Counted from the stretch's first letter, positions 19,779 to 31,633 are shown. The stretch is DNA of 64,000 nt from Balanoglossus misakiensis (GCA_040954595.2 JBECUI020000041.1:41106-105105), one strand, 5' to 3'. Numbers and translations: made by a program. The notes: a model not told the origin generated them from the sequence alone.

Positions 19779-20762
19779 ATGAAAAATAAATTCCTTGCAG
19801 CCCTGATTTTTTGTATTGCTGCTGTTGTTTTGTCCTCCTGTGTTGATACTAGTGCCGACAGAATGACTTCTTTTTATGCGTATCTGGGAGGAAGGATTAT
19901 GAATATTCCTGACTGGATGGAAAATGCAGGAGGATACACCATCCCCTCTCTCTCTGAGTGGTTGAACTGGCAGGACTATGACTTGAAAAACTATTGCCCT
20001 CCAGGCTATCAGAGGCGGGATTATCAGGGAAAATTCAGACTGGCGGTTGAATATGTGAACATGGTGCAACTTCAGATAATAACAGTATATTTTGCTGACG
20101 GGGTATACATGGGGATGATACCCCAAAGAGAACTCTTCGAGAAAGTCCAAAGAGGAGAATACACTGTTTTTGCCTCCATGTTTCTTCTCCGGCTGGGTGA
20201 GGGGGACCCCATAACAATAGAATATGATGGTGTATACACCGGTTCTGATACTTTTACAATTTATGGTGATATGACTTATCACCATACAAGATATGCCCCA
20301 GGAAAACCAGGTTTTATCCAGAGTGAACTTGAAAGGGACAAGACAACAGAGGAGAAAACCTCCTGGCTTTACACCTTAAACATTGACGGCAGGGCTGTAA
20401 TGGACAGGATTCCTATGAGTATGTACACCCCCTTGTATTACCAGAATAAAGATCTCACCCCTCCTGACTGGTTTCCCGTTTCTGAAGACTTCGGGCATTC
20501 TCTTACCATAAACAAGGGGAAGGCTTCTGAGATATTTAAAATTAAGTTTAAAGGTGCCTCTATCTACGATGCTGTCGCTTTCCTTTTTGTGGACATCACC
20601 TTACATAGTTCTTTTTCCGACAAAGTTATTTATAATCTTCACGATACACCTCACGGGGAGACCGAGACATTAGAAATTGGGAAACGGGAAAATGATCGCC
20701 TTGGCTATCGCTGGCTTGACAAAGACGGCGGAGTTATCCGGGAAGGAATACTCACAGAATAA
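19779..20762 (+). CDS. Lipoprotein, unrecognised paralogous family (divergent type C)
   Basis: MKNKFLAALIFCIAAVVLSSC lipobox. Family motifs SEWLNWQDY, GVYTGSD.FTIYG, DKVIYNLHDT, YRWL..DGG.IREG. Confidence 0.85.
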   Translation: MKNKFLAALIFCIAAVVLSSCVDTSADRMTSFYAYLGGRIMNIPDWMENAGGYTIPSLSEWLNWQDYDLKNYCPPGYQRRDYQGKFRLAVEYVNMVQLQIITVYFADGVYMGMIPQRELFEKVQRGEYTVFASMFLLRLGEGDPITIEYDGVYTGSDTFTIYGDMTYHHTRYAPGKPGFIQSELERDKTTEEKTSWLYTLNIDGRAVMDRIPMSMYTPLYYQNKDLTPPDWFPVSEDFGHSLTINKGKASEIFKIKFKGASIYDAVAFLFVDITLHSSFSDKVIYNLHDTPHGETETLEIGKRENDRLGYRWLDKDGGVIREGILTE

Positions 20763-20889
20763 AGCTGGAAATACAATTCCCCGGCTGAAGCTATTAAAGA
20801 CTAAGGAAAGTTCATGAGGAACGAAAGAACATTATTGACATGAATAAAATCCCCGGGAAGCAAACTTCAAAGAGCGAATAAGATGCCAT

Positions 20890-21092
20890 GGTATTTTATT
20901 GTCGATATAGCATTCGATACTCTCGAAGAGGACAAAATCAAATAGGCACTGCACGACACAGCTTAGGGCGGGACGGAGTATAGGGAGATTGAGAAAAGAC
21001 CAGAAAATTTGTTCAATTTCTGCCAACTTGACGGAGAAGACCATGTTCTCCGGGAAGGGGTGCTCAGGGATTCACGGCTGCCCAATGGATAA
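20890..21092 (+). pseudogene. Degenerate C-terminal remnant of a distant family paralog (copies at about 25465, 28530, 33722)
   Basis: FIVDIAFDTLEEDKIK*ALHDTA*GGTEYREIEKR...VLREGVL versus FVDITLHSSFSDKVIYNLHDTPHGETETLEIGKR...IREGIL. Confidence 0.7.
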
Positions 21093-21312
21093 AAAGAAGT
21101 CGGCAGACATTTGTGACAGAGGCAGTCTTTGGAGGAATATCGGCGGCTACCTTCCTCCAAACCCATCCTAGACGGACAGCCTTTCGTCATTTTGCATTAC
21201 TCGCAAGAAGTATAAATCGCATCGGTTTCCTGTCTGTAAAATGTCCAGCTTCTCCCCCAAAAACACTTGACAGTTTCTACCAGTAAAAGTTACCCCTTAA
21301 TAAGGTATATAC

Positions 21313-21890
21313 CATAGAAGGTATAGTAGACTGGGAGATTTCCCCTGAGGTAGCCCAGCTGACCCTGGAAGACTTCATAGAAGACGGCGAATATCCGGGA
21401 GACTCCACCCTCTGGGAAATCCCTATTGCCGTATACTCCGATGAGGGGGAGATTCATTATTACGAGTTCCGCGTCCTCGACAATCTGGGTGTCACGATAG
21501 CGGCTATCACCGCCAAGGCCCGTGAAGATAAGGCCCCCCCCCTCGCCTACGCCTTTAAGATGGATGGCTACAGCGATGAACTGGATGAACTTTACGCTCA
21601 GGGGGCTCTGGAGGACGGCGGTCTGCCCAGAATCGTGGACAGGTAGTACCCCGGGTACGCCGTGGCGGAAACCGTGATCAACAGGGATGCTTCCGTCCAG
21701 ATGGAAACCCTGCTGGATCCTGAAGACGGACAGGTCCTGAGCCGGAAGACCTGGGCAAGCTGTACGACTTTTACGAAACGCTGGAGATGTATCCCGACCT
21801 GATAACCGGGGGGAGGACCTGGTCATCGCCCCAAGGTGCTGGAGGATGCAGAAAAGGAACTCAAGCTGATGTGGGACACGCTTAAGGGGA
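21313..21890 (+). pseudogene. Fragment of an unidentified secreted-type protein
   Basis: Startless frame IEGIVDWEISPEVAQ...LWEIPIAVYSDEGEIHYYEFRVLDN...PRIVDR*YPGY. The 5' part recurs at about 25890 and 28955. Confidence 0.5.
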
Positions 21891-21894
21891 ATAA

Positions 21895-22523
21895 ATGCCG
21901 ATAGTCTGGTTGTTTTTCTCCATGGCTACGGAGCCGACGGGCAGGATCTCATCGGACTGGCCGACTTCTTCGCCCCCTCTCTTCCCCGCACCCTATTTCT
22001 TGCCCCCAAAGCCCCGCAGCCCTGCCGCATCAACCCCGCCGGCCGCCAATGGTTTCCCATCCCCTGGCTGGACGGAAGCCTGGAAACCGAAGCCCAGCAG
22101 GGTATGGCTCAAAGCTTTGCCCTTCTGAAAACCTGGTTAAGCACCACCATTCAAAAGGAAAGCATAGCCCCGTCGCGTACCTGTCTTGTCGGTTTTTCTC
22201 AAGGCACCATGATGGCCCTGCACATAGGTCCCCGGCAAAAACAAGCCTTAGCAGGTATTGTCGGATTTTCGGGACGCCTGCTGGCCCCCCCCCCCCCCCC
22301 GCTCTCAAAAAGGAAAAAATAACAACCCCGCCTGTTTTGCTGATTCATGGAGATCAGGACGAGGTTGTTCCCCCCCGCCTCCCTGGCTGAAGCGGCAGAA
22401 GGACTCGCCGCCGCCGGTATAGAGGTACCTACCCACCTGTCCCGGGGCCTGGGCCACGGAATTGCTCCTGAAGGACAGGAACTAGCCCTTGAGTTCATCC
22501 AAACCCAACTAAAAAAAGGATGA
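21895..22523 (+). pseudogene. Phospholipase/carboxylesterase (alpha/beta hydrolase), frameshifted, 5' lost
   Basis: VVFLHGYGADG, RQWFPIPWLDGS, GFSQG, LIHGDQDEVVP, GHGI spread over several frames. C16 tract at 22285-22300. Confidence 0.85.
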
Positions 22524-22656
22524 TCTTTCCCCTACAAGGACAGAAACAAAACCTTCTATTCTCATTCCTGTTTCATTGATTTTTTCCAGGAAGAGCAAAC
22601 AAGTAAGAAGATTCTTCTTAACCATTCGGGGAAAACACAGGTTTTTCCCCTCTTCT

Positions 22657-24063
22657 TTAAGAAGAAGACCGGTACCAGTCCACCTTCCTTGTTAAAACCA
22701 TCACAGCGGCCATCAGGAGGAAGAAACCAACCGATCCCCAAAGCAAAGCGTAATCCTCTGACTGCAGCGTTACCCAAAGCCACATCCAGGAAGTACCCAG
22801 AACCACGGGGATGGCCCACCGCGAACCTCCCTTGCCGAAGAATCTCCACCCATAAAAGGAAATAAGCAAGGTGGTACTGCCGGCAGAAATGATATAGGCA
22901 AAATCAAAGGAAATATGTTCAGAAAGGGAAAGCAGGAGCACATAAAAAATTGCATCCACAACTCCCACCAGAAGGTATTGAATGGGATGAATGCGGCTGT
23001 CTTTTAATGTTTCCAGCAGGAAAAACACAATAAAGGGAATAAGAAGAAAAAGAAGGGCATACTTTACTGACCGCAGGGCCCGGGCGTAGGTGCCTACAGG
23101 CTCCAGGAGCTCCACACCCATAGCCCCCCCCTGTAGAGAAGGTTCGTCCTTTGCCCCCGCCAGCCAAAGCCCCGGCAGAGGACGGCTCACCTCGGGAATC
23201 TTCCACTGGGCCTCAAAACCCTGGTCTGAAACACGGCGTTCATCAGGAAGAATCGCTCCCTGAAAGGAGGGGGAAGACCAATCCCCCGAAAGAACAAACT
23301 CAGCGTTACGGGCCAGGGGAAAGAAATCCAAACGCCGCCCTCCGGTAAGACGCATTTCCCAGGAAAAGGGGATGCTGTCTCCCGCCGTTAAGAGATCTCC
23401 GAGAACAGCCGCACTCCCTCCCCGGTGCTGGGTCAAAGGGGAATAAGAAGGGCTAAAGGGGTCAGGAAAATCTATCTTCTCCTGGAGAGGTTCGGTACTA
23501 TCCGCCATAAAAGACACAACGCCGACAGGAGCAAAATCCACCATTCCCCCCCCAAAGGACAAAGGAGAGAACTCCTTGATACCCCGCATATTGGAAAATC
23601 CGAGAACCAGACGGGCTTCTTGAGTAAGAGGCTGGGCACCCTCGGGGTACGGCAAAACCTCAGGAACCTTAAAATTCCCCCTTATTTGAAACCGGGCATC
23701 AAACACAGGTACGCGGTAAATTCCCCGGCTCCGGTATTCCGCCTTCAAATCCCCTTTGACGCTGAGACTGTCGGAAAGCACATAAACCGCTCCCCGCTTC
23801 CAGATACTGCTGGTTTCTCCGCTGGCCGAAATAATAACCTCCTCATAGCGGTAAGGGAATTCCACCAGAGGACCCACCATCAAAGGCTCCCCCCCCACTC
23901 CTGCCACCACCTCGCTGGAAACCTGCTGGAACATGGCTTTTCTTTCCCAAATAAGTTTCTTTATGGAGGCTAAAGGGATAAGAAAAATTAACAGCATAAC
24001 AATAATCATCCCCACTTTAAGTGAAGTTTGAACCGACCTTCGTTTCCAGAAATTTCCAGACAT
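22657..24063 (-). CDS. creD: Inner membrane protein CreD
   Basis: RGIYRVPVF, WSSPSFQGAILP, RSVKYALLF, IHPIQYLLVG, LLLSLSEHI, EDYALL.GS, TRKVDWY. GGAGG RBS. Confidence 0.93.
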   Translation of the reverse strand: MSGNFWKRRSVQTSLKVGMIIVMLLIFLIPLASIKKLIWERKAMFQQVSSEVVAGVGGEPLMVGPLVEFPYRYEEVIISASGETSSIWKRGAVYVLSDSLSVKGDLKAEYRSRGIYRVPVFDARFQIRGNFKVPEVLPYPEGAQPLTQEARLVLGFSNMRGIKEFSPLSFGGGMVDFAPVGVVSFMADSTEPLQEKIDFPDPFSPSYSPLTQHRGGSAAVLGDLLTAGDSIPFSWEMRLTGGRRLDFFPLARNAEFVLSGDWSSPSFQGAILPDERRVSDQGFEAQWKIPEVSRPLPGLWLAGAKDEPSLQGGAMGVELLEPVGTYARALRSVKYALLFLLIPFIVFFLLETLKDSRIHPIQYLLVGVVDAIFYVLLLSLSEHISFDFAYIISAGSTTLLISFYGWRFFGKGGSRWAIPVVLGTSWMWLWVTLQSEDYALLWGSVGFFLLMAAVMVLTRKVDWYRSSS

Positions 24064-24220
24064 TTTGAGATATCCTCCCCATCTTAAAGACAATAATACA
24101 TAGTATAGTTTAAAATAATCTGCATGAGTACAGGGACAAAACTCCCGGCACAAGGTCCCTGGCCCCCCTTTCCTTCAAAGGGGGTTTTCAAGTCAATACA
24201 CCCATACTAGACTCCCTATT

Positions 24221-24578
24221 ATGATCCCTCATCGGCCCATCAAACTTAGTCCCAGCTGGTTAAAGCACCTGGCCCCTGAATTTGAAAAACCCTATATGAT
24301 TTGAAAAACCCTATAGGCAGGAACTGCGGCGTTTCCTTCTTCAGGAGCGTACACAGGGCAAAACCATCTTTCCGCCAGGACCTCAAATTTTTCATGCTTT
24401 GGATTTAACTCCCTTTGAAGGCGTCACCACGGTTATTCTCGGCCAGGACCCCTATCACGGCCCCGGCCAAGCCCATGGGCTCTCCTTTTCCGTTCTGCCG
24501 GGAACACCCTTCCCCCTTCTCTGAGAAATATCTACAAAGAACTGAAAGAAGATTTAGGCATTTCCCCGGCCAGCCTAG
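24221..24578 (+). pseudogene. ung: Family-1 uracil-DNA glycosylase, 5' half only
   Basis: [53 protein letters not shown]. Disrupted by a 19-bp duplication at about 24281-24315. Fused to lipoprotein DNA at 24576. Confidence 0.9.
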
Positions 24579-25414
24579 GAAATAAATATGACATTCCCTC
24601 TGTATCGGAGTGGCTGAACTGGCAGGACTATGCCCTGAAAGACTATTGTCCTCGGGGCTATAATCGGCAGGATTACCAAGGTAGATTCAGACTAGAGGTA
24701 GAAAATACTGATAATGCGGGACTTCAGAGAATAATAGTACGGTTCGCTGACGGGGTTTACATGGGAGAAGATATAACGAGCGACGACCATCCCTCTAACC
24801 CCTTGTTTCTTCTCCGGCTGGACGGGAGCGACTCCGAGACAAGACTATATGAGGGGGTATACACCGGTTCGGATAGCTTCACCATTTATGGTGATATAGT
24901 CTATGTCCATACAAGCCCCCTTTATGACAACGGGAAACAGGGTTTTATCCGCAGTGAAATTAAAAGAGACACGACAACAGAAGAAAAAATAACTTGGCTT
25001 TACACTCTGAACATCGACGGCAGGGCCGTTTTGGATAGTATCCCTATGAGTCTGTACACACTCCAGTATTATCAGAAAAAAGGTCTCTTCCGTCCTGACT
25101 GGTTTCCTAGAAGACTAGGTCTGGATGAAGAGTGGGGGCATACTCTTGAGTTAGGCGTGACCGGTGTTCCTCAGGTGTGTATGATTAGGTTTGGAAGTGA
25201 GACTTTCACACTCGATAAAACCTCCTTTCTTTTTTTAAACTTCACCTTGAATCGTTCCTTACCCGACAAAGTCATCTATAATCTGCACGATACCCCTCAC
25301 GGAGCTACCGAGACCTTGGAGGTTAAAAACCTGGGAAATGAGAGCATCAGCTATCGCTGGCTTAACACCGACGGCGGTATTATCCGGGAAGGAACTTTCA
25401 GTGCCCCCTATTGA
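24576..25414 (+). pseudogene. 5'-truncated type-B lipoprotein
   Basis: Starts at GNKYDIPSVSEW with no signal peptide. Otherwise nearly identical to 32677..33672, with the 3' end 15 bp shorter. Confidence 0.85.
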
Positions 25415-25889
25415 CCGGAATAAAATCCCCGGGAAGCGAACTTCAAAGAGCGAATAAGATGCCATGGTATTTTATTGTCGATATAGCATTCGATACTCTC
25501 GAAGAGGACAAAATCAAATAGGCGCTGCACGACACAGCTTAGGGCGGGACGGAGTATAGGGAGATTGAGAAAAGACCAGAAAATTTGTTTAATTTCTGCC
25601 AACTTGACGGAGAAGACAATGTTCTCCGGGAAGGGGTGCTCAGGGATTCACGGCTGCCCAATGGATAAAAAGAAGTCGGCAGACATTTGTGACAGAGGCA
25701 GTCTTGGGAGGAATATCGGCGGCTACCTTCCTCCAAACCCATCCTAGGGGACAGCCTTTCGTCATTTTACATTACTCGCAAGAAGTATAAATCGCATCGG
25801 TTTCCTGTCTGTAAAATGTCCAGCTTCTCCCCCCTAAAAAACACTTGACAGTTTCTACCAGTAAAAGTTACCCTTTAATAAGGTATAAC

Positions 25890-26354
25890 CTATAGAAGGT
25901 ATAGTAGACTGGGAGATTTCCCGTGAGGTAGCCCAGCTGGTCCTGGAAGACTTCATAGAAGACGGCGAATATCCGGGAGACTCCACCCTCTGGGAAATCC
26001 CTATTGCCGTATACTCCGGAGAAGGGGAGATTCCTTATTACGAGTTCCGCGTCCTCGACAATCTGGGTGTCACGATAGCGGCTATCACCGCCAACGCCCG
26101 TGAAGATAAGGGTCCTCCCCAATAATATACCCGGTGTCAGTCTCAGGAACATTCACCCTGGTAGACAGGGAGGATTGCATTACAGAGTGATCATCGCCTA
26201 CGGGAGAGGTGGTTTCTTGGGGCTGTGGCCTAAGATCAGGATTTATGATCCCAATGGGATTGATATGAGAGATAATGTTGATATTACTACGAGTGGATGG
26301 GAGTGGTTTAACCCCATCTATAATCTGATGAGTTTCAATGTTATGAAGAAGTAA
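25890..26354 (+). pseudogene. Internally deleted gene remnant, possibly papain/C39-like peptidase (duplicate 28955-29419)
   Basis: 5' part matches the 21313 fragment, then joins VSLR...GLHYRVIIAYG...IYDPNG...WFNP. The HYRVII..Y and DP motifs are reminiscent of C39-like folds. Confidence 0.4.
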
Positions 26355-26437
26355 ATAAGGTAACAAAGTATATTGTCGTTTTTGGGCTGGCAATATACTT
26401 TGTTATCAGACAGAACTATTGCTCTTAAGGTGGTAAG

Positions 26438-27406
26438 ATGAAAAAAAAACTCAGCGCTGTCCTGCTTTTTTTGATTATTGTTATTGGTTTTACATCCTGT
26501 CCTCTGGGTCTGAATCTTGTGGGACCCGGGTTTTATGGAGGAGTGATTGATAATCTTCCTGACTGGTTGACAACAGATTTGGAAGATTTCTTTCTTATTT
26601 CTATATCTGAGTGGATGAACTGGCAGGACTATGCCCTGAAGGACCATTATCCTCCGGGCTACAAGCGGCGGGATTACCAAGGTAAATTCAGACTGAGGGT
26701 TTATACTCATAGGAATGATGTGGTGGGACTTCAGCTTATAAAGATATTGTTCGCTGACGGGGTTTACATGACACCCTATCCATTCCCCTTGATTCTTCTC
26801 CGGCTGGGGGGGAGCAACTCCGAGTCAAGACACTATAATGGGGTATACACCGGTTCGGATATCTTCACCATTTACGGCGATATAACCTATTACCATACAG
26901 GTTATGCCCGCGGGAAACAGAGTTTTATCCGCAGTGAAATCGAAAGAGACAAGACAACAGAAGAAAAAATATCTTGGCTTTACACCCTGAACATCGACGG
27001 CAGGGCCGTTTTGGACAGTATCCCTATGACCAAGTACGCAGTCCGGTATTTTCAAAATAAAGGCATCCTTTATCCTGACTGGATTCCTGCGGGGATATGG
27101 ATTACTGATGACTTGGGGCAGACTCTTGAAATAAACAGTATAGCCCGTACCGGTACTCCTACGGTGGTGTCTTTCATTGCTTTTGATACGAAGTCTTACA
27201 CATACAATACAGCCTACTTTGCTTTTTATAACATCACCTTGAATCGTTCCTTACCCGACAAAGTCATCTATAATCTGCACGATACCCCTCACGGCGGTAC
27301 CGAGACCTTAGAAGTTGAAAACCTGGGAAATGATCGCATCAGATATCGCTGGCTTAACACCGACGGCGGTATTATCCGGGAAGGAACTCACAATTTACAT
27401 GAATAA
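26438..27406 (+). CDS. Lipoprotein family, type A
   Basis: MKKKLSAVLLFLIIVIGFTSC lipobox plus family motifs. Confidence 0.88.
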   Translation: MKKKLSAVLLFLIIVIGFTSCPLGLNLVGPGFYGGVIDNLPDWLTTDLEDFFLISISEWMNWQDYALKDHYPPGYKRRDYQGKFRLRVYTHRNDVVGLQLIKILFADGVYMTPYPFPLILLRLGGSNSESRHYNGVYTGSDIFTIYGDITYYHTGYARGKQSFIRSEIERDKTTEEKISWLYTLNIDGRAVLDSIPMTKYAVRYFQNKGILYPDWIPAGIWITDDLGQTLEINSIARTGTPTVVSFIAFDTKSYTYNTAYFAFYNITLNRSLPDKVIYNLHDTPHGGTETLEVENLGNDRIRYRWLNTDGGIIREGTHNLHE

Positions 27407-27486
27407 AATTCCCGGGAAGCGAACTTCAAAGAGCGAATAAGATGAAAGGGAAATATACTATTCCGTTATTCTATTAAGGTGATAAA

Positions 27487-28479
27487 ATGAAAAAAAAACT
27501 TAGCGCTGTTCTGCTTTTTCTGATTATTGTTATTGGTTTTACTTCCTGCATGGTTTCCTACTGGACGGAACCATATACCTTACCCGAGTATTATGGGGGA
27601 ACGATTATAAATCTTCCTGACTGGATAGGAAATAAATATGACATTCCCTCTGTATCGGAGTGGCTGAACTGGCAGGACTATGCCCTGAAAGACTATTGTC
27701 CTCGGGGCTATAATCGGCAGGATTACCAAGGTAGATTCAGACTGGAGGTAGAAAATACTGATAATGCGGGACTTCAGAGAATAATAGTACGGTTCGCTGA
27801 CGGGCTTTACATGGGAGAAGATATAACGAGCGACGACCATCCCTCTAACCCCTTGTTTCTTCTCCGGCTGGACGGGAGCGACTCCGAGACAAGACTATAT
27901 GAGGGGGTATACACCGGTTCGGATAGCTTCACCATTTATGGTGATATAGTCTATGTCCATACAAGACCCCGTTATGACAACGGGAAACAGGGTTTTATCC
28001 GCAGTGAAATTAAAAGAGACACGACAACAGAAGAAAAAATAACTTGGCTTTACACTCTGAACATCGACGGCAGGGCCGTTTTGGATAGTATCCCTATGAG
28101 TCTGTACACACTCCAGTATTATCAGAAAAAAGGTCTCTTCCGTCCTAACTGGTTTCCTAGAAGACTAGGTCCGGATGAAGAGTGGGGGCATACTCTTGAG
28201 TTAGGCGTGACCGGTGTTCCTCAGGTGTGTATGATTAGGTTTGAAAGTGAGACTTTCATATACGATAAAACCTCCTTTCTTTTTTTAAACTTCACCTTGA
28301 ATCGTTCCTTACCCGACAAAGTCATCTATAATCTGCACGATACCCCTCACGGAGCTACCGAGACCTTGGAGGTTAAAAACCTGGGAAATGAGAGCATCAG
28401 CTATCGCTGGCTTAACACCGACGGCGGTATTATCCGGGAAGGAACTTTCAGTGCCCCCTACCCCCCCATCCCCTATTGA
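27487..28479 (+). CDS. Lipoprotein family, type B
   Basis: Same signal peptide plus family motifs. Confidence 0.88.
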   Translation: MKKKLSAVLLFLIIVIGFTSCMVSYWTEPYTLPEYYGGTIINLPDWIGNKYDIPSVSEWLNWQDYALKDYCPRGYNRQDYQGRFRLEVENTDNAGLQRIIVRFADGLYMGEDITSDDHPSNPLFLLRLDGSDSETRLYEGVYTGSDSFTIYGDIVYVHTRPRYDNGKQGFIRSEIKRDTTTEEKITWLYTLNIDGRAVLDSIPMSLYTLQYYQKKGLFRPNWFPRRLGPDEEWGHTLELGVTGVPQVCMIRFESETFIYDKTSFLFLNFTLNRSLPDKVIYNLHDTPHGATETLEVKNLGNESISYRWLNTDGGIIREGTFSAPYPPIPY

Positions 28480-29502
28480 CATGAATAAAATCCCCGGGAA
28501 GCGAACTTCAAAGAGCGAATAAGATGCCATGGTATTTTATTGTCGATATAGCATTCGATACTCTCGAAGAGGACAAAATCAAATAGGCGCTGCACGACAC
28601 AGCTTAGGGCGGGACGGAGTATAGGGAGATTGAGAAAAGACCAGAAAATTTGTTTAATTTCTGCCAACTTGACGGAGAAGACAATGTTCTCCGGGAAGGG
28701 GTGCTCAGGGATTCACGGCTGCCCAATGGATAAAAAGAAGTCGGCAGACATTTGTGACAGAGGCAGTCTTGGGAGGAATATCGGCGGCTACCTTCCTCCA
28801 AACCCATCCTAGGGGACAGCCTTTCGTCATTTTACATTACTCGCAAGAAGTATAAATCGCATCGGTTTCCTGTCTGTAAAATGTCCAGCTTCTCCCCCCT
28901 AAAAAACACTTGACAGTTTCTACCAGTAAAAGTTACCCTTTAATAAGGTATAACCTATAGAAGGTATAGTAGACTGGGAGATTTCCCGTGAGGTAGCCCA
29001 GCTGGTCCTGGAAGACTTCATAGAAGACGGCGAATATCCGGGAGACTCCACCCTCTGGGAAATCCCTATTGCCGTATACTCCGGAGAAGGGGAGATTCCT
29101 TATTACGAGTTCCGCGTCCTCGACAATCTGGGTGTCACGATAGCGGCTATCACCGCCAACGCCCGTGAAGATAAGGGTCCTCCCCAATAATATACCCGGT
29201 GTCAGTCTCAGGAACATTCACCCTGGTAGACAGGGAGGATTGCATTACAGAGTGATCATCGCCTACGGGAGAGGTGGTTTCTTGGGGCTGTGGCCTAAGA
29301 TCAGGATTTATGATCCCAATGGGATTGATATGAGAGATAATGTTGATATTACTACGAGTGGATGGGAGTGGTTTAACCCCATCTATAATCTGATGAGTTT
29401 CAATGTTATGAAGAAGTAAATAAGGTAACAAAGTATATTGTCGTTTTTGGGCTGGCAATATACTTTGTTATCAGACAGAACTATTGCTCTTAAGGTGGTA
29501 AG

Positions 29503-30471
29503 ATGAAAAAAAAACTCAGCGCTGTCCTGCTTTTTTTGATTATTGTTATTGGTTTTACATCCTGTCCTCTGGGTCTGAATCTTGTGGGACCCGGGTTTTA
29601 TGGAGGAGTGATTGATAATCTTCCTGACTGGTTGACAACAGATTTGGAAGATTTCTTTCTTATTTCTATATCTGAGTGGATGAACTGGCAGGACTATGCC
29701 CTGAAGGACCATTATCCTCCGGGCTACAAGCGGCGGGATTACCAAGGTAAATTCAGACTGAGGGTTTATACTCATAGGAATGATGTGGTGGGACTTCAGC
29801 TTATAAAGATATTGTTCGCTGACGGGGTTTACATGACACCCTATTCATTCCCCTTGATTCTTCTCCGGCTGGGGGGGAGCAACTCCGAGTCAAGACACTA
29901 TAATGGGGTATACACCGGTTCGGACATCTTCACCATTTACGGCGATATAACCTATTACCATACAGGTTATGCCCGCGGGAAACAGAGTTTTATCCGCAGT
30001 GAAATCGAAAGAGACAAGACAACAGAAGAAAAAATATCTTGGCTTTACACCCTGAACATCGACGGCAGGGCCGTTTTGGACAGTATCCCTATGACCAAGT
30101 ACGCAGTCCGGTATTTTCAAAATAAAGGCATCCTTTATCCTGACTGGATTCCTGCGGGGATATGGATTACTGATGACTTGGGGCAGACTCTTGAAATAAA
30201 CAGTATAGCCCGTACCGGTACTCCTACGGTGGTGTCTTTCATTGCTTTTGATACGAAGTCTTACACATACAATACAGCCTACTTTGCTTTTTATAACATC
30301 ACCTTGAATCGTTCCTTACCCGACAAAGTCATCTATAATCTGCACGATACCCCTCACGGCGGTACCGAGACCTTAGAAGTTGAAAACCTGGGAAATGATC
30401 GCATCAGATATCGCTGGCTTAACACCGACGGCGGTATTATCCGGGAAGGAACTCACAATTTACATGAATAA
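29503..30471 (+). CDS. Lipoprotein family, type A duplicate
   Basis: One amino-acid difference (YPF/YSF) from 26438. Confidence 0.88.
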   Translation: MKKKLSAVLLFLIIVIGFTSCPLGLNLVGPGFYGGVIDNLPDWLTTDLEDFFLISISEWMNWQDYALKDHYPPGYKRRDYQGKFRLRVYTHRNDVVGLQLIKILFADGVYMTPYSFPLILLRLGGSNSESRHYNGVYTGSDIFTIYGDITYYHTGYARGKQSFIRSEIERDKTTEEKISWLYTLNIDGRAVLDSIPMTKYAVRYFQNKGILYPDWIPAGIWITDDLGQTLEINSIARTGTPTVVSFIAFDTKSYTYNTAYFAFYNITLNRSLPDKVIYNLHDTPHGGTETLEVENLGNDRIRYRWLNTDGGIIREGTHNLHE

Positions 30472-30551
30472 AATTCCCGGGAAGCGAACTTCAAAGAGCG
30501 AATAAGATGAAAGGGAAATATATTATTCCGTTATTCTATTAAGGTGATAAA

Positions 30552-31544
30552 ATGAAAAAAAAACTCAGCGCTGTTCTGCTTTTTCTGATTATTGTTATTG
30601 GTTTTACTTCCTGCATGGTTTCCTACTGGACGGAACCATATACCTTACCCGAGTATTATGGGGGAACGATTATAAATCTTCCTGACTGGATAGGAAATAA
30701 ATATGACATTCCCTCTGTATCGGAGTGGCTGAACTGGCAGGACTATGCCCTGAAAGACTATTGTCCTCGGGGCTATAATCGGCAGGATTACCAAGGTAGA
30801 TTCAGACTGGAGGTAGAAAATACTGATAATGCGGGACTTCAGAGAATAATAGTACGGTTCGCTGACGGGCTTTACATGGGAGAAGATATAACGAGCGACG
30901 ACCATCCCTCTAACCCCTTGTTTCTTCTCCGGCTGGACGGGAGCGACTCCGAGACAAGACTATATGAGGGGGTATACACCGGTTCGGATAGCTTCACCAT
31001 TTATGGTGATATAGTCTATGTCCATACAAGACCCCGTTATGACAACGGGAAACAGGGTTTTATCCGCAGTGAAATTAAAAGAGACACGACAACAGAAGAA
31101 AAAATAACTTGGCTTTACACTCTGAACATCGACGGCAGGGCCGTTTTGGATAGTATCCCTATGAGTCTGTACACACTCCAGTATTATCAGAAAAAAGGTC
31201 TCTTCCGTCCTAACTGGTTTCCTAGAAGACTAGGTCCGGATGAAGAGTGGGGGCATACTCTTGAGTTAGGCGTGACCGGTGTTCCTCAGGTGTGTATGAT
31301 TAGGTTTGAAAGTGAGACTTTCATATACGATAAAACCTCCTTTCTTTTTTTAAACTTCACCTTGAATCGTTCCTTACCCGACAAAGTCATCTATAATCTG
31401 CACGATACCCCTCACGGAGCTACCGAGACCTTGGAGGTTAAAAACCTGGGAAATGAGAGCATCAGCTATCGCTGGCTTAACACCGACGGCGGTATTATCC
31501 GGGAAGGAACTTTCAGTGCCCCCTACCCCCCCATCCCCTATTGA
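30552..31544 (+). CDS. Lipoprotein family, type B duplicate
   Basis: Protein identical to 27487. Confidence 0.88.
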   Translation: MKKKLSAVLLFLIIVIGFTSCMVSYWTEPYTLPEYYGGTIINLPDWIGNKYDIPSVSEWLNWQDYALKDYCPRGYNRQDYQGRFRLEVENTDNAGLQRIIVRFADGLYMGEDITSDDHPSNPLFLLRLDGSDSETRLYEGVYTGSDSFTIYGDIVYVHTRPRYDNGKQGFIRSEIKRDTTTEEKITWLYTLNIDGRAVLDSIPMSLYTLQYYQKKGLFRPNWFPRRLGPDEEWGHTLELGVTGVPQVCMIRFESETFIYDKTSFLFLNFTLNRSLPDKVIYNLHDTPHGATETLEVKNLGNESISYRWLNTDGGIIREGTFSAPYPPIPY

Positions 31545-31633
31545 CATGAATAAAATCCCCGGGAAGCGAACTTCAAAGAGCGAATAAGATGAAAGGGAAA
31601 TATATTATTCCGTTATTCTCTTAAGGTGGTAAG

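Larger units (their letters stand above)
25420..31590 (+). repeat. 3065-bp tandem duplication
   Basis: Features recur at +3065 (26438/29503, 27487/30552, 26100/29165) with only scattered SNPs. Confidence 0.92.

Noticed and set aside
22285-22300. C16 tract as a phase-variation switch
   Set aside because: The esterase gene has lost its 5' end and has other frameshifts, so the tract cannot restore it.
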